Assembly (NCBI GenBank): GCA_038208905.1
Contig: JBBQYG010000014.1
Coordinates: 1 to 40,323, forward strand
Length of the DNA: 40,323 bases
Reading direction: 5' to 3'
Source: Candidatus Sumerlaeia bacterium
Lineage (GTDB): Bacteria > Sumerlaeota > Sumerlaeia > SLMS01
This document shows, piece by piece, positions 25,418 through 36,844 of the stretch. The position numbers and the translations under genes were made by a program. Positions within the stretch are counted from its first letter, which is position 1; every line of letters starts with the position of its first letter. The notes under the pieces are model-generated. The model saw only the letters and a program-made list of their open reading frames with translations. It ran no database searches and was not told the DNA's origin.

Positions 25418-28129
25418 GAGCTGGGTAATTGTCCTGAATAGCGCACGGGCCGGCGTTGACTCCTTACCCTTCGCTTCGGTCGGCGGGACGTGGGAAATCC
25501 AGCCGGCGGGATCGATCTCAAACACCACCGGACGGTCGATCGTCGTCAGGCTGATCGTGGCCTCCGAACCCGGACCAAGGATCTCCTTCCCGCGCAGCGG
25601 CTCGCCTTCGGTCGAGAGCATCCACGGCACCGGCATCGTGCCACTTCCCTCGTTGGCGATTGTCAGTTCCGTTCGGTATTCCACGGCGCGGGAAATGGGA
25701 TCCTGAATCAGGAACGCCTGAGCTTTCCTGATGCGATAGCGCGGCACGACGCCCTCCACCAGCCACTCCTCGAAGAAGTCGGCGAGTTCCTTGCCCGATG
25801 CCTTCTCCATCGCCTCGCGATACAGGTCCAGCGTCATCGGCCCGCCGCTGTGTGAGATGACTTCGAGAAGCCCCGCGGCAAAGGCATCCTCGCCCACCAC
25901 GCCCCGCAGCATGTGGTGAAACGCGACCGCGCGCATCGGGTTGGCTTCGCGTGCGCCTGCCGCGCGGAGAGAGGGTGATAACGCACCCTTCCAGCCTTCT
26001 TCGGTCGAACCCTCGATGTCGAACGGGCGCGTACTCCGCGCCACGAACTCCCATGGAATCAGGGACACTTCCTTTCGCTGAAGCCCCAGCCTCATGCGCG
26101 GATCGCCCTGCGCGGTGGCATAGTTGTGCAGGTAGTCGATCAGGCCATCGCGCAGAAGCAACGGCTCCTCGAAGGTGGGGAATGACTTCACCACGATCTC
26201 GCGGATCAGGCCCCGGTTCACATTGCGAAAGGCATCCTCGAACGCCCACTTGGTGGGCGAGAGATAGTCGTCGTAGTCGGGAAGCAGTATCTCGAAGCGG
26301 TCGAGCACCGGTGAAGGAATCACCAGGGGATCACCGGATTCCTGCTCGGGAATCTCGTGCAGGACCAGACGCTGGGGCGGCTGTCCGAGGAGGCGCCTGA
26401 TGCGGTCCAGCGGCTCCGACCAGATCGCGTGGAGCTGACTGCCCAGGGCATCACGTCCCTTGAGCAATGCAAACGTCACGTTCAGGTCGCCTTCGCCCCG
26501 CGGCGGGAACTCCTCCAACTCTGCGGCCAGCAACTTTCCCGGCGAGTCCGCCAACGGCTGCACGAGTTCCACGCGGTCGCCTGCCTTGACTGAACGCGCC
26601 GCGCCACACAGCCACGCAAGCGGTTCGACGCTTGGAGCTGAAATGCGGTATGGCGCCTCGCGATAGGCCATCCCGATGCGCCCGGCGTTGTAGTCCGCCG
26701 CAACCGCCTCTCCATACCACGGCCCCAGAAAGGCGAAGCGCCGGAATCGCGGATGATAGGCGCGCTCCCAGAGGCGGTCCCCGCGCCGCGTGGGACGCAG
26801 GAGGAAGTGCAGAGTGCGCGGCTCCGCGCCCAGCGCGTCGGTCAGGCGGATCGCGCGAAGGTCGCTCGTGGCGGCGAATGCTCCCGAAGCAATCTCGCCC
26901 GCCACGGCGCCGTCGTCGGCTCTTACCGAGAGAATTTCGAGTGTGGGTCCAAACGTCACGGCGATGACCTGCTGTGGATCGACGGGGGCGTGGACGGTAA
27001 GGGCGATGCTGACTTCGTCACCGGGGGAATCTGGGAGGACAATATCGCGGTTTGTTATCTCTACGAGCTGGATGCGCCCGCGATCCGTTCCATGGGGGGC
27101 CGCGGCCAGCAACTTGTCCGGGCTGACCGTGGGCGGCGGAATCATTCGGACTGCATGGAATGCCGCAACCCCACCTGTGGTGGCAAGGAGGAGGCCGATC
27201 GCTGTCGGCAGGATGCGCCATTGCTTCGATTGAAAGCGGATTGCGGCGATCAAGCGCAGCGTCGTGGCGGGGCGCAGGCTCCAGAATCCGGCACGGCCCC
27301 CGCCCCTGCGGTCTGGCGAGGGGAGAAGCAGTATAGCCAGCCCTATTGGGAGGAGCGCGTAGGCGTAGCAGACCAACGCCTCGCGGACCAAGGTGCCCGT
27401 CGGCACAAGGATTCCGAGAAGGGAACTGGAAAGCTCGAAGACCTCGGAGGCGGGCGCGGAGAGAAGCCGAAAAGCGACCAGTGGCCCGAGGCCCACCCCG
27501 GTGAGGAACAGCGCCCCCAGATCGTGCCTTATCAGCAGGCGACAGAACAGCCCCATCGCCCCGGCGGATATGCCAAGCGGCAGGGCGCAGGTCACCACGT
27601 AGATGGCGGGGGGTAGCCAAAGGACGTCCAATTCGGCACGCCAGGCACCAATTACAGACCAGAGGGAAACGAGCGCCACCGGCGGAACCAGCATCAGGGC
27701 GATCGCCGCCATGGCGGCGAGAACGAAGACCGTGGGATATCGCAGTCGAGCGAAGAGCGGGCGAAGCGCTCGGCGGCGCTCCCATTGGGCGATAATCTCG
27801 ACCCCTAGAATCGCCCCGGCCAGGGTGAAGAAAATTCCGAAAAGCGAAACGCCGGTCACGCCCCCAGGGAACCACGCGGAACTCCCCGCCCCGAACGACG
27901 GGTCGCGCCCATACCACCACGCCCCCGCCCAGGCGGCCACCATGATGGATCGCCACCGCCAGGCACGCGCAATGCGGAGCACTTCTATCCGGGATTGCGT
28001 TGAAAACGCACCCCAAAGGGCTATTCCGTTCGACAAGGGGGCGGGCGGAAGGCTCCCCCCCACCTCCCGCGCTCCTGCGGATGGGCCCCCTTGGGGAACT
28101 TCTCCCCCGCGCTGGTTGTCATCGATCAT
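25415..28129 (-). CDS. ABC-permease-like TM domain fused to an M1 aminopeptidase-like domain lacking HEXXH, about 904 aa
   Basis: About 7 N-terminal TMs; C-terminal M1-like LLRDGLIDYL, FHHMLRGVVGEDAF, YREAMEKASGKELADFFEEWL...VP, IDPAGW. The start is uncertain (28129 chosen). Confidence 0.7.
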   Translation of the reverse strand: MIDDNQRGGEVPQGGPSAGAREVGGSLPPAPLSNGIALWGAFSTQSRIEVLRIARAWRWRSIMVAAWAGAWWYGRDPSFGAGSSAWFPGGVTGVSLFGIFFTLAGAILGVEIIAQWERRRALRPLFARLRYPTVFVLAAMAAIALMLVPPVALVSLWSVIGAWRAELDVLWLPPAIYVVTCALPLGISAGAMGLFCRLLIRHDLGALFLTGVGLGPLVAFRLLSAPASEVFELSSSLLGILVPTGTLVREALVCYAYALLPIGLAILLLPSPDRRGGGRAGFWSLRPATTLRLIAAIRFQSKQWRILPTAIGLLLATTGGVAAFHAVRMIPPPTVSPDKLLAAAPHGTDRGRIQLVEITNRDIVLPDSPGDEVSIALTVHAPVDPQQVIAVTFGPTLEILSVRADDGAVAGEIASGAFAATSDLRAIRLTDALGAEPRTLHFLLRPTRRGDRLWERAYHPRFRRFAFLGPWYGEAVAADYNAGRIGMAYREAPYRISAPSVEPLAWLCGAARSVKAGDRVELVQPLADSPGKLLAAELEEFPPRGEGDLNVTFALLKGRDALGSQLHAIWSEPLDRIRRLLGQPPQRLVLHEIPEQESGDPLVIPSPVLDRFEILLPDYDDYLSPTKWAFEDAFRNVNRGLIREIVVKSFPTFEEPLLLRDGLIDYLHNYATAQGDPRMRLGLQRKEVSLIPWEFVARSTRPFDIEGSTEEGWKGALSPSLRAAGAREANPMRAVAFHHMLRGVVGEDAFAAGLLEVISHSGGPMTLDLYREAMEKASGKELADFFEEWLVEGVVPRYRIRKAQAFLIQDPISRAVEYRTELTIANEGSGTMPVPWMLSTEGEPLRGKEILGPGSEATISLTTIDRPVVFEIDPAGWISHVPPTEAKGKESTPARALFRTITQL

Positions 28130-28333
28130 GGCGGAAGCCGTTCGCACAGGCCGCGCACGGGATGCAACCGGCATGGGGGCACCCGCGGGAGGCCAGAGTT
28201 TCCGGTACAATGCACTTGCCCTGCGTTGATCCGAATTCTACCTTGCGTGAAGGGTTACGACCGATAAACCGGCCCATGCAAGGGGCTGCCCCCCTCCCTT
28301 TGCATCCGTGCCGCCACTCGCACGAGGAATCGT

Positions 28334-31300
28334 ATGGTCCGCAGACTGCTGCTCGGAGCCGTTGCATCACTTGGGTTGCTCGCCGCGGCGCCCCCCGTGG
28401 GGGCCACAGATGGTTCCCATAGGCCCTCCGCCGAGGTTCCCCGCGAGTTCTCGCAGGCGGCATCCCTCGCCACCTTATTCTATGATCCCGCTCTGGGCGA
28501 AGTCGAGTTTCTCGACCGCGTGGGGCGCGACGCGGAGGCACTTGGGTTTGACGTGGCCCGCACATTTTCCATCGGAAATGCCGTCGTGCTGCGGGGCTCG
28601 GTCGCCGAAGTTCTGGCGGCTGTGCGCGCCGCCGAATCACTCCCCGTGCGATCCGTTGGGCCCGCCTATGCATACGGCGGGGTGCTGACGCCGGATAGCC
28701 TGATGGCCGTGAGCAACCGACTGCTTCTCGCATTCCCCGCCACCGCTACGGAGACCGCGAAGGAATCCTTCTACCGCGCCCACGGCCTCGAACGCGTCCG
28801 CGAACTTGCCAACGGCGAAGTCGTCGTGCGCTCCGGTCAGGAGCCCTCGATGGCGATGGTGGCCTATGCCAATGGCCTCGCATCCGATAGCCCGCTCCTT
28901 CTTTCGGCCACGCCTGAATTCCTGCTTGCCGGCCAGCCGACCGTGAACACCAACTCGATCCAGATCACCGACCCCTACTTCGAAACCTTTCAGTGGCACC
29001 TTTGGAACACTCCCTCGTCTCTGGGCAGTGGTGCCGGGCAATTGGATGCGGATATCGATGTGCCGCGCGCGTGGATGATCAACCGGATGGGCGCCGCCTC
29101 GCTGCTGCGCGGCTCGGAGTTCGGATTCTCCGGCGTCACCGCTTCCGTATTCGATTCGGGAATCCAGACGAGCCACGAGGAACTTTCCGCCGCGATCAAC
29201 CAATTCGCCCCCGGCTTCGACGCCGTGGACGGCGGCGCGCCGCTCCCCTCGCAGAACCTGAGCGGCGCCCACGGCACCGCAATGGCAGGCCTGATTTCGG
29301 CCCAGATCAACGGCCGCGGCATCGTCGGCGTCGCGCCGGGCGTTCGCCTGTATGCCTCGCGCGTCTTTGGCCAGGACTACAGCACAAGCAACGTGCAGCT
29401 TAGTAGCGCATTGCAGGATTCGATCAACAAGGACGTGGACGTGAACGTCCACCCCTACTCGCTGCCGACGCTGGCCCCGGATAGCACGGTCGCCGGCCAG
29501 ATCGATCTCGACTTCCGCCGCAGCATCGAGTCGGGTCGCGGTGGGTTCGGAACGCCGAATATCGCCTCCACCGGAAACTTCAGCGCACAGGTGGAGTATC
29601 CCTCCTCGTCCATTTGGACGTTTGCCGTCGGCGCGGTCTCCGCCGCGAATGCCCGAATCGAGGATGCAAACTGGGGCGGCACGGGCGTCGATTTCGTGAT
29701 GCCCGCCTTTAGCAGTGTTAGCGTTGGTGCCGGATTCGTTGTCACCGACCTGGCTGGACGCGATGGCATTTCCCCCTCGACCACGGGCTTCCCCGGAAAC
29801 GAGTTGGGAAATTTCGGCGGGCTTGGGACCATCGGCTTCCCGCGCAACTCCGCCGCCGACAGTTCCTTTCTGGGTACCAGCGTCTCGGCGGCGCTTGCCG
29901 GCGGATTGGTTGCGCTGCTTTATTCCGATAGCAGATTCGACGAGCTTCCGCCCTTCAATCTTGAGGCTGTCGCCGGTCTGGAACAGGCCCCCAACTCTCG
30001 CCGTGCCCGTCGCTTGCGCGCGCCACTGCGCCCCAACGACAATAGCATTCTGGCCGTGCTGAAAGGATTCAGCGACCTGCCGGGCACATTGGGCGGCGGC
30101 GCGCCCAATCCTTTCGTCGACAAGACGTTTCTTCAGGATTTGTCCTATGTGGAGCAGGTGGACGAATTCCTCGGATTCGGCAGGCCAAACGCGGCGCGTC
30201 TCCTTGCCGTGCCCGCAGGCCTTCCCTCCCCGGATTCGGGATATGAAAGCGCGATCACCGATTTCCTTCAATACACCTTCGTTGGTGGCATAGAGCCAAT
30301 CAACCGAGAAGAAGTGTACCAGACTTGGGAAGCCGACCAAAACGACCAAGTGGCCGTTTTCCTGACGGCGACAGACGCTGATCCGACAATCATATCCCCG
30401 GCATTCGATATTCTCGGCGACGGCGGCGCGCTCTACTTCGAGGACGGAACGACGATTCCCGGTCCCCTCACCGTCCTTTCGGAGAGCGTTCCGCTGACTC
30501 CCACGGGATCCGACACACTGGTTCTCCCCCCCGGCGCAAACCTGCTGTGGAACCCAGAAGGCACATATCTTTCGGGTCAGCGCATCAGCGTCGTCAGCCC
30601 CCGCCTCTCTCCCAGCGACATCCCGACCACCTACTCACTACTTGGTCCTGGAGTAACGTCGATTCCGCCAGACGTGCCGATGCTGCTGACGCTTCAGATG
30701 GCGCACGAACTCGGCGTGGAGAACGTCTCGTCCGTCGTCCCATTAGCTGGAACTGCGACCAGCTCGTTTCGCGAAATCGACCCGATCATCATCTCTGTGA
30801 CCTATTTTCCCGAGGACCCCGACGCGGGGGTGGAGCGCACCACCGAGATCGGAAGAATCACAGGCGACAGCTCGGGACGGCCCAAGCAGCGCCTGGAGAC
30901 GGCGGTCAGCCTGCAGCTCCCCAGCAACGGGCCATTCGTCGCCGCCTTCCGCGCGGGACGAAGGGTCCCCGGGCCGATCCAGTATTACTTCCCCTGGATC
31001 GACGCCGACCAGATGATCATCCGCCCCTACACGTTCCTGATCCCGCCGGTGCCGAGTGGCTTCAATGGCTTCAGCATCAAGATCACGCTCAATCCCGGCG
31101 CATCCTACCTTCCCACGTGGCGCGATGTCCCGGTGGCGCCAAACATCAACGTCGAGCAGGTTCACGCCGTTCGCCGCGACATGCGGGGCTTCCTGTTGTA
31201 TAGCGCCAAGTTCTCCTATTTCGATCCCTCCTACATCGACTACTTGAACCAGACCGAGTTCATCCTCGGCGATGGCATTTTTGCGACGTGGTCTCCCTCC

Positions 31301-34300
31301 CAGTCGGAGGTTCAGGTGGTTCAGCCGCCGGGCAATCTGACGGCCTTGGAACTGGAACCCTACATCGACGACCCCGCGACGCGCGCGCAGGGTTTTCCGC
31401 GCCGTTTTGTCCGCCACATGAGTTCGGGCGTGGAGATCACCGGCCTAAAGTCCCATCCATCCGAGGAGATCCTCGCGATCACCGCTTCCCGCCCTGACGG
31501 CTCGGGCGGCGGACTGGCCACGCTGACCAACGACGGCGTGAACTTCACGGAGGTAGTGCCCGTGGAGCAGGCCTTGGGTGCCCGCCATCCCTCTTGGTCG
31601 CCCACTGGCAATCAGCTTGTGTTTAGCGGGCCCAGCTATGTCCGCATCGTCAACTTCGTCCCCGGCGAAGGGCCGAAGGTCGAAACGATCATCGCCGAGG
31701 GACATCCCTTCCTAACCGATTTCCGTCATCCCGTTTTCGACAAGACCGCCGGTCTCGTGATCTTCTCCGCCCGCCGCATCGGGCTTCCAGTAGGGAACAA
31801 CCCCCTCCAGCTCTATGTAGCCACTCGCAATGGGCGTATCTTCGGCTTCCGGGCCGACGCCGAAGGGAACGCGCTGTCGTTCCTTCGGGGCTGGGAGAAC
31901 GTCGATATCTACGATCTGGACAGCTTCAACGGCGGGGCCGGCAACGAACGCCTGGTCTTCACCGCCAATGCGTCCACGCTCCCCGTCTACGATCCGGACT
32001 CGGGCGATGTCGTCGAGCCCGCGCAGCCCGGCGAGTATTCGCGCCTGTTTATCCTGGAGAACCTCAATCAGGTGACCATCTACCCGGATGTTCGCCCCGT
32101 GGTTACCTCTCCCACGCTCGTTTCCCAGCTGCCAGACGGCGAATTGTATTCCGCGCGGTGGGGACGTATTTCTCCAAACGGACAGGAACTGGCTTGGTCA
32201 CGCATTCGCCAGCCAACGAATTCCAGCGAGAACAATCGCATCGGCGCGGTCGTTCGCCAGCAGCTTTTGGATCGCGATTTCGTGCCGAACTTCATCCCGC
32301 CGCCGCCGGATCCGCCGCCCTCGGTGACGCCGGTTCCGCCCACGCCCGGACCACCCGACAACAGCCGCATTGTCCTGACCAGCGATATCGAGTTCGCCGG
32401 CAACGAAAATGGCTGGAAGTTCAACAGCGGCGGGTTTACGGAAAACCCTGCGCTGGCGCGGTACGAGTCCATCGATGGTATTCCCAAGGACATCGCTCCC
32501 GGCATTATAGGCCTCTATTCCGGCTCGCTGTCCGTCATCGAGGAGCAGAACGCCCTTGTGGCAACCGTGCGGTTCCAGGCCAGAAGGGCAGGCACCGCCA
32601 CGTTCACGATGCTAACCGCCCCGCCTCGCACGACGGAGGCTGAGGACGAATTCTTTGATCCGATCCCGACGATCGTTGGCGCCAGCGCCTCGGTAAAGGC
32701 CGCGCCGCGTGGCGTCGTCGATCCCGTCCGCGTCTTTGCCGAACCAGCATCCCAGCAGATAACCACGGGGCAGATCATCACCGTCCGCATTCGCATGGAT
32801 CCGAATGGAAATCCCGTTCAGGCGCTCCGCGCTTACATGAGCTACGACGCCGAACTACTCTTCTATGAATCCGGGTCTTTCAACACCGCGATCTTCAACC
32901 GACCACTCAGCGATGGCGCCCTGGTTCTGGCCGCCAACAACAGCAACAATGTCTTTGGCTTCTGGGGATCTCCAGAGAGTCTCATCGATGTCATCCCCGA
33001 CGCGCTGTACCTCTTCCGTGCCCGCGTGGCCGCCACGGTGGGCACGCCGCCCAGCCAAGTCCCGACAGTTCGCCTGCGCGTGAACAGCAGGACGTTCGAG
33101 AGCGCCTTCACGCAGGAGACGAACAGCCTTGGCGACCTCAGCCTTTCCCCGGCCCCCGAGGACGCGAAGACCGTAGACCTCCTCTTCCGTCCGCCCGCGG
33201 GGCTGTTCACCCTTCCGATCGAGGACCAGAAGTATCTCCTGTCCTTCGACCTGTTGAACTTCCTGCCGGACAAGTCGCCCAACGGCGGCCTCGTCCTCGA
33301 CGACATCACGCTCTACCGCTTCGACGAGTTTTCCAGTTGGTATTCCACCTGGGGCTTCGAGGTGCCTCCCGGCAATCCCGCAACCGTCACCTTCACCGCC
33401 AACAGCACGGCGGGCGTGGAGAGCGAAATTGCGATCGCCGTCACCGACTGCTGCTTCGACTCCTCCGGCCAAGTTGGCTGCGACAGTGGAACCACGAGGA
33501 GCGGCGTTCGTCTCGATTCCCTGACGCTATCCCCCGGTTTCTACACCGTGGTCGTTTCCACTTCCAACAAGGCCGAGACTGTCCTCGGGTGGACCTCGAC
33601 CCGTGCGCTCCTGCCAAACCTTGGCGACGCATGTGCCTCCCCCGCGACCCGCGCCGTCACCAATTCAACCGAGGCATGCGCCCTGCGCGTACCGATCTCG
33701 GGCGCCACAGGTTCGTCCTTTGGCGATAATCCCTTCTACGATGGACGCGGGTTTTTCTCCGGCACGAATTGCGATCCCACGCCTGTCCAGTCGGTCATCA
33801 AGAACGTCACGCCCATTTACGAGGCTCTCTTCTCCGACATCGACGCACGCGCCGATTGGGATCAAGGCCCGGCGGACACGCCCTTCACGCGTCCCGTGTT
33901 CGGCAGCACCGCCGATGCCCTCACGATCTCGACGATCGACCGCAACCAGACGTTCGGATTCTGGTCATCCCAAGCCGAGTCCATTCCGCTCGGCACTGTC
34001 AGCGTCTCCCCGGCTTCACCGGTGGCCATCTACCGTGCCACCTTCCGCGTGGTGAATGCGGGCGAAGGCAATGCCCTCTCCGTGCCGGACATCCGCCTGC
34101 GCCTTGCGACGAACGAATTCCAGCGCTCCGTCTCCGCCGTCCTCGTGGCGCGTGGCCAGGGCGTCGTCGTTCCCCGCACCAACAGCCCACGCGAGGTGGA
34201 GGTGTACATGGTGCTGGAGGAAGTCCCCGCCAGCCTCCAATCCCTCATCGCAGCGTTCGACATCCTCGCCTTCTATCCGGAGAGCGAGGCGCCGTTCCGC

Positions 34301-34381
34301 ACGGTGACATCGGAGCCGATCGAACTTGAATGGGTTCGCATCGAGCGCGTTGACATCCCGAACTATCCCAGCCCGCGATAA
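28334..34381 (+). CDS. Giant secreted S8 subtilisin-like peptidase, 2015 aa: prodomain, S8, beta-rich region, TolB/PD40-like propeller, Pro linker and two repeated beta-sandwich domains with inserted modules
   Basis: Signal peptide; triad [26 protein letters not shown]; oxyanion [15 protein letters not shown] and [31 protein letters not shown]; duplicated FGFW..S / VPxxRLR / FDxLxF. GAGGA RBS. Confidence 0.9.
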   Translation: MVRRLLLGAVASLGLLAAAPPVGATDGSHRPSAEVPREFSQAASLATLFYDPALGEVEFLDRVGRDAEALGFDVARTFSIGNAVVLRGSVAEVLAAVRAAESLPVRSVGPAYAYGGVLTPDSLMAVSNRLLLAFPATATETAKESFYRAHGLERVRELANGEVVVRSGQEPSMAMVAYANGLASDSPLLLSATPEFLLAGQPTVNTNSIQITDPYFETFQWHLWNTPSSLGSGAGQLDADIDVPRAWMINRMGAASLLRGSEFGFSGVTASVFDSGIQTSHEELSAAINQFAPGFDAVDGGAPLPSQNLSGAHGTAMAGLISAQINGRGIVGVAPGVRLYASRVFGQDYSTSNVQLSSALQDSINKDVDVNVHPYSLPTLAPDSTVAGQIDLDFRRSIESGRGGFGTPNIASTGNFSAQVEYPSSSIWTFAVGAVSAANARIEDANWGGTGVDFVMPAFSSVSVGAGFVVTDLAGRDGISPSTTGFPGNELGNFGGLGTIGFPRNSAADSSFLGTSVSAALAGGLVALLYSDSRFDELPPFNLEAVAGLEQAPNSRRARRLRAPLRPNDNSILAVLKGFSDLPGTLGGGAPNPFVDKTFLQDLSYVEQVDEFLGFGRPNAARLLAVPAGLPSPDSGYESAITDFLQYTFVGGIEPINREEVYQTWEADQNDQVAVFLTATDADPTIISPAFDILGDGGALYFEDGTTIPGPLTVLSESVPLTPTGSDTLVLPPGANLLWNPEGTYLSGQRISVVSPRLSPSDIPTTYSLLGPGVTSIPPDVPMLLTLQMAHELGVENVSSVVPLAGTATSSFREIDPIIISVTYFPEDPDAGVERTTEIGRITGDSSGRPKQRLETAVSLQLPSNGPFVAAFRAGRRVPGPIQYYFPWIDADQMIIRPYTFLIPPVPSGFNGFSIKITLNPGASYLPTWRDVPVAPNINVEQVHAVRRDMRGFLLYSAKFSYFDPSYIDYLNQTEFILGDGIFATWSPSQSEVQVVQPPGNLTALELEPYIDDPATRAQGFPRRFVRHMSSGVEITGLKSHPSEEILAITASRPDGSGGGLATLTNDGVNFTEVVPVEQALGARHPSWSPTGNQLVFSGPSYVRIVNFVPGEGPKVETIIAEGHPFLTDFRHPVFDKTAGLVIFSARRIGLPVGNNPLQLYVATRNGRIFGFRADAEGNALSFLRGWENVDIYDLDSFNGGAGNERLVFTANASTLPVYDPDSGDVVEPAQPGEYSRLFILENLNQVTIYPDVRPVVTSPTLVSQLPDGELYSARWGRISPNGQELAWSRIRQPTNSSENNRIGAVVRQQLLDRDFVPNFIPPPPDPPPSVTPVPPTPGPPDNSRIVLTSDIEFAGNENGWKFNSGGFTENPALARYESIDGIPKDIAPGIIGLYSGSLSVIEEQNALVATVRFQARRAGTATFTMLTAPPRTTEAEDEFFDPIPTIVGASASVKAAPRGVVDPVRVFAEPASQQITTGQIITVRIRMDPNGNPVQALRAYMSYDAELLFYESGSFNTAIFNRPLSDGALVLAANNSNNVFGFWGSPESLIDVIPDALYLFRARVAATVGTPPSQVPTVRLRVNSRTFESAFTQETNSLGDLSLSPAPEDAKTVDLLFRPPAGLFTLPIEDQKYLLSFDLLNFLPDKSPNGGLVLDDITLYRFDEFSSWYSTWGFEVPPGNPATVTFTANSTAGVESEIAIAVTDCCFDSSGQVGCDSGTTRSGVRLDSLTLSPGFYTVVVSTSNKAETVLGWTSTRALLPNLGDACASPATRAVTNSTEACALRVPISGATGSSFGDNPFYDGRGFFSGTNCDPTPVQSVIKNVTPIYEALFSDIDARADWDQGPADTPFTRPVFGSTADALTISTIDRNQTFGFWSSQAESIPLGTVSVSPASPVAIYRATFRVVNAGEGNALSVPDIRLRLATNEFQRSVSAVLVARGQGVVVPRTNSPREVEVYMVLEEVPASLQSLIAAFDILAFYPESEAPFRTVTSEPIELEWVRIERVDIPNYPSPR

Positions 34382-34405
34382 CCGAAGTCGAAAACCGCAT
34401 CAACC

Positions 34406-34445
34406 ACACCGCCCGGCGACTCACCTCGCCGGGCGGTGTCATTTT
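34406..34445 (+). terminator. Rho-independent terminator
   Basis: 14-bp perfect stem ACACCGCCCGGCGA / TCGCCGGGCGGTGT with a 6-nt loop, followed by CATTTT. Confidence 0.85.
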
Positions 34446-34531
34446 CGTGGCGACTCCCAAATCCCACTTTCCTCCCGCCGGGGGCGGGTCGAGCATCACG
34501 CGGACTGACCAGCCACGGCGGCGCGCGGACT

Positions 34532-35623
34532 ATGGCATCGATTTTCATCAGCATGTCGGGAGAGGGGCGCGGCCATGCCACCCGCATGAGGGCCATCGCC
34601 GACGAGCTGCGCGCGCAACACCGCATCACCATCTTCGCGCCCGGCGACGCCCACGAGATCATCGAGCCCGCCTTTCGCGGCAGCGATATTCCCGTACACG
34701 AAATCCCCTGCCTCCGATTCTTCTACACGCCGAATGGGCGACTAGATACTGGACGCACCGTTGCCGGTAACGCGAAGTACATTTTGGGATTCCGCGGATT
34801 GCTGAGGACGCTCCGGACGCATATCCAGCAGGGAAAGCCGGACCTGATCATCACTGATTTCGAACCTGCTCTTCCACGCGCGGCGCGGCAGTGCGGAGTT
34901 CCCTACATCAGCCTCAACCATCAGCACTTCCTCGTCGTCAATGACCTCTCCGGCCTACCCGCGCAATTGCGCCGCCACGCCTTCCTCATGTCGCTCGTCG
35001 TCCGCCGCTACTACAGCAAGCAGGCGCGGACGATCGTCTCATCCTTCTACTTTCCGCCAATCAAACCCCAATACCGCGACCGCGTGGTGCAGGTCGGCGT
35101 GATCCTGCGGCCCGCCGTGGTCGCCACTCCCCGCGCCGACGAGGGACACCTCGTCGCCTACCTTCGCAAGTTTGCGCTGCCAAACGTGCTCGATGCCCTG
35201 CGCGGATGCGGGCGTCCCGTGCGTCTATACGGCCTTGGCGCCAAGGCGACGGATGGAAACATCGAATACCGCGAGATCAGCGAGGCGGGATTCCTCCGCG
35301 ACCTCGGCACCTGCTCCGCCCTCGTCACCACAGCGGGGAATCAGCTCGTGGGCGAGGCGCTCTACCTCGGCAAGCCCGTCCTCGCGATGCCCGAGCCCAA
35401 CAACCAGGAGCAATACATCAACGCCCACTTCCTTCGGGAGGAGGGAACCGGCGACTGGATCGATCTTGACCGATTGACTCCGGCCACCTTGCGTGGCTTT
35501 ACTGAGAAGCTGGATGAATATAGGTCACGCATTGTTCCCGATAAGTTCAACGGCAATCCACTTGCCATCAAGACGATCGAGGACTTCCTATCCTCCATCG
35601 CAGAGGGCCGCGCATCAAAGTAG
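34532..35623 (+). CDS. GT-B glycosyltransferase (MJ1255/VC2487-like), 363 aa
   Basis: [57 protein letters not shown]. Confidence 0.88.
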   Translation: MASIFISMSGEGRGHATRMRAIADELRAQHRITIFAPGDAHEIIEPAFRGSDIPVHEIPCLRFFYTPNGRLDTGRTVAGNAKYILGFRGLLRTLRTHIQQGKPDLIITDFEPALPRAARQCGVPYISLNHQHFLVVNDLSGLPAQLRRHAFLMSLVVRRYYSKQARTIVSSFYFPPIKPQYRDRVVQVGVILRPAVVATPRADEGHLVAYLRKFALPNVLDALRGCGRPVRLYGLGAKATDGNIEYREISEAGFLRDLGTCSALVTTAGNQLVGEALYLGKPVLAMPEPNNQEQYINAHFLREEGTGDWIDLDRLTPATLRGFTEKLDEYRSRIVPDKFNGNPLAIKTIEDFLSSIAEGRASK

Positions 35624-35635
35624 GGAGGCATCACG

Positions 35636-36775
35636 TTGAACAGCCTGCTCCGCCTGCCCGGATTCCTGCAAACCATCCGCAAGACGCGCCGCCGCCAAGT
35701 CGTCCTTCCGCGGATGCTCACCTACATCGTCACCTTCACCTGCAACGCCCGCTGCATCATGTGCGACTCGTGGAAGATGGAATCGCCGAACGACCTCAAG
35801 CTGGAGGAGATCGAGGGCATCTTCGCACAGCTTCCGCGCCTGGACGCCGTGCGGCTTACCGGCGGGGAGCCCTTCGTGCGCAAGGACCTGCCGGAGATCG
35901 TCGCGCTGGTGCAGCGCCAACTCCGCCCCAGCTTCCTGCACATCACGTCAAACGGATTTCTCACCGATCGCATCGTTAAGTTCTGCGAGGAACGCGACAA
36001 GTCCATCCCCCTCAACCTGCTCTTCTCCATCGACGGACCGAAGGAGAAGCACAATCACGTCCGCGGGCGGGAGACTGCTTGGGACAGCGTGATGAAGACG
36101 CTCAAGGAACTCGCGCCCCGCAGGAAGGAACTGCGCATCGCCCTCGCCGCAAACCAGACCATCGTGGACGCCGACGGCGTGGAGCACTATCGCCGCCTGC
36201 GCGAGATCCTGCGCCCGCTCGACGTGGCCCACCACATGGTCATGGCCTACGACGCCAGCGCCACCTACTCGCTGGAGCGCGAGAAGGAACTCGCGCCGGG
36301 CCAGATCGGGCGCTTCACCACCTTCGGCGAATTCACCGAGCGCAACCTCCGCGATCTAATGGAGGAAGTGGAAAAGGACATCGTCCTGCTCCCATTCCAG
36401 GCGCGTCTCGCCAAACGCTACTACCTTCGCGGCATCGCAAACCGGCTCCTCCGCGCAGAAAGCACCCCCAACCCCAAGTGCGTCGCCCTTACCGCCCACA
36501 TGCGCCTCTATCCCAACGGCGATATTCCCACCTGCCAGTTCAACAGCAAGATCGCGGGGAACCTCCGCGAGCAGACCTTCGCCGAAGTCTGGCGCAGCGC
36601 CCGCATCGCCGAGCAACGCGCCTGGGTCAACAAGTGCCCGGGCTGCTGGGCCGAGTGCGAGGTGCTGCCAAGCGCCGCCTATACAGGGGATCTGGTGGCG
36701 GAATCGATGTTTCCGACGCGGTGCAAGGGAAGCGGAGTTCCACGCGACAAGGCAGAGCCCGTCGTTTACGGCTAG
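35636..36775 (+). CDS. Radical SAM protein with C-terminal SPASM/twitch domain
   Basis: TCNARCIMC, LTGGEPF, ITSNG, SIDG; C-terminal KC...PNGDIPTC...GNL...CPGCWAEC. GGAGG RBS before the TTG. Confidence 0.92.
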   Translation: MNSLLRLPGFLQTIRKTRRRQVVLPRMLTYIVTFTCNARCIMCDSWKMESPNDLKLEEIEGIFAQLPRLDAVRLTGGEPFVRKDLPEIVALVQRQLRPSFLHITSNGFLTDRIVKFCEERDKSIPLNLLFSIDGPKEKHNHVRGRETAWDSVMKTLKELAPRRKELRIALAANQTIVDADGVEHYRRLREILRPLDVAHHMVMAYDASATYSLEREKELAPGQIGRFTTFGEFTERNLRDLMEEVEKDIVLLPFQARLAKRYYLRGIANRLLRAESTPNPKCVALTAHMRLYPNGDIPTCQFNSKIAGNLREQTFAEVWRSARIAEQRAWVNKCPGCWAECEVLPSAAYTGDLVAESMFPTRCKGSGVPRDKAEPVVYG

Positions 36776-36844
36776 AATTTAGAGAAAGCATGATCCACTT
36801 GGTGGTCCGGAGGGCACTCCGCGCCCTCTATCCCGACCATCCCA

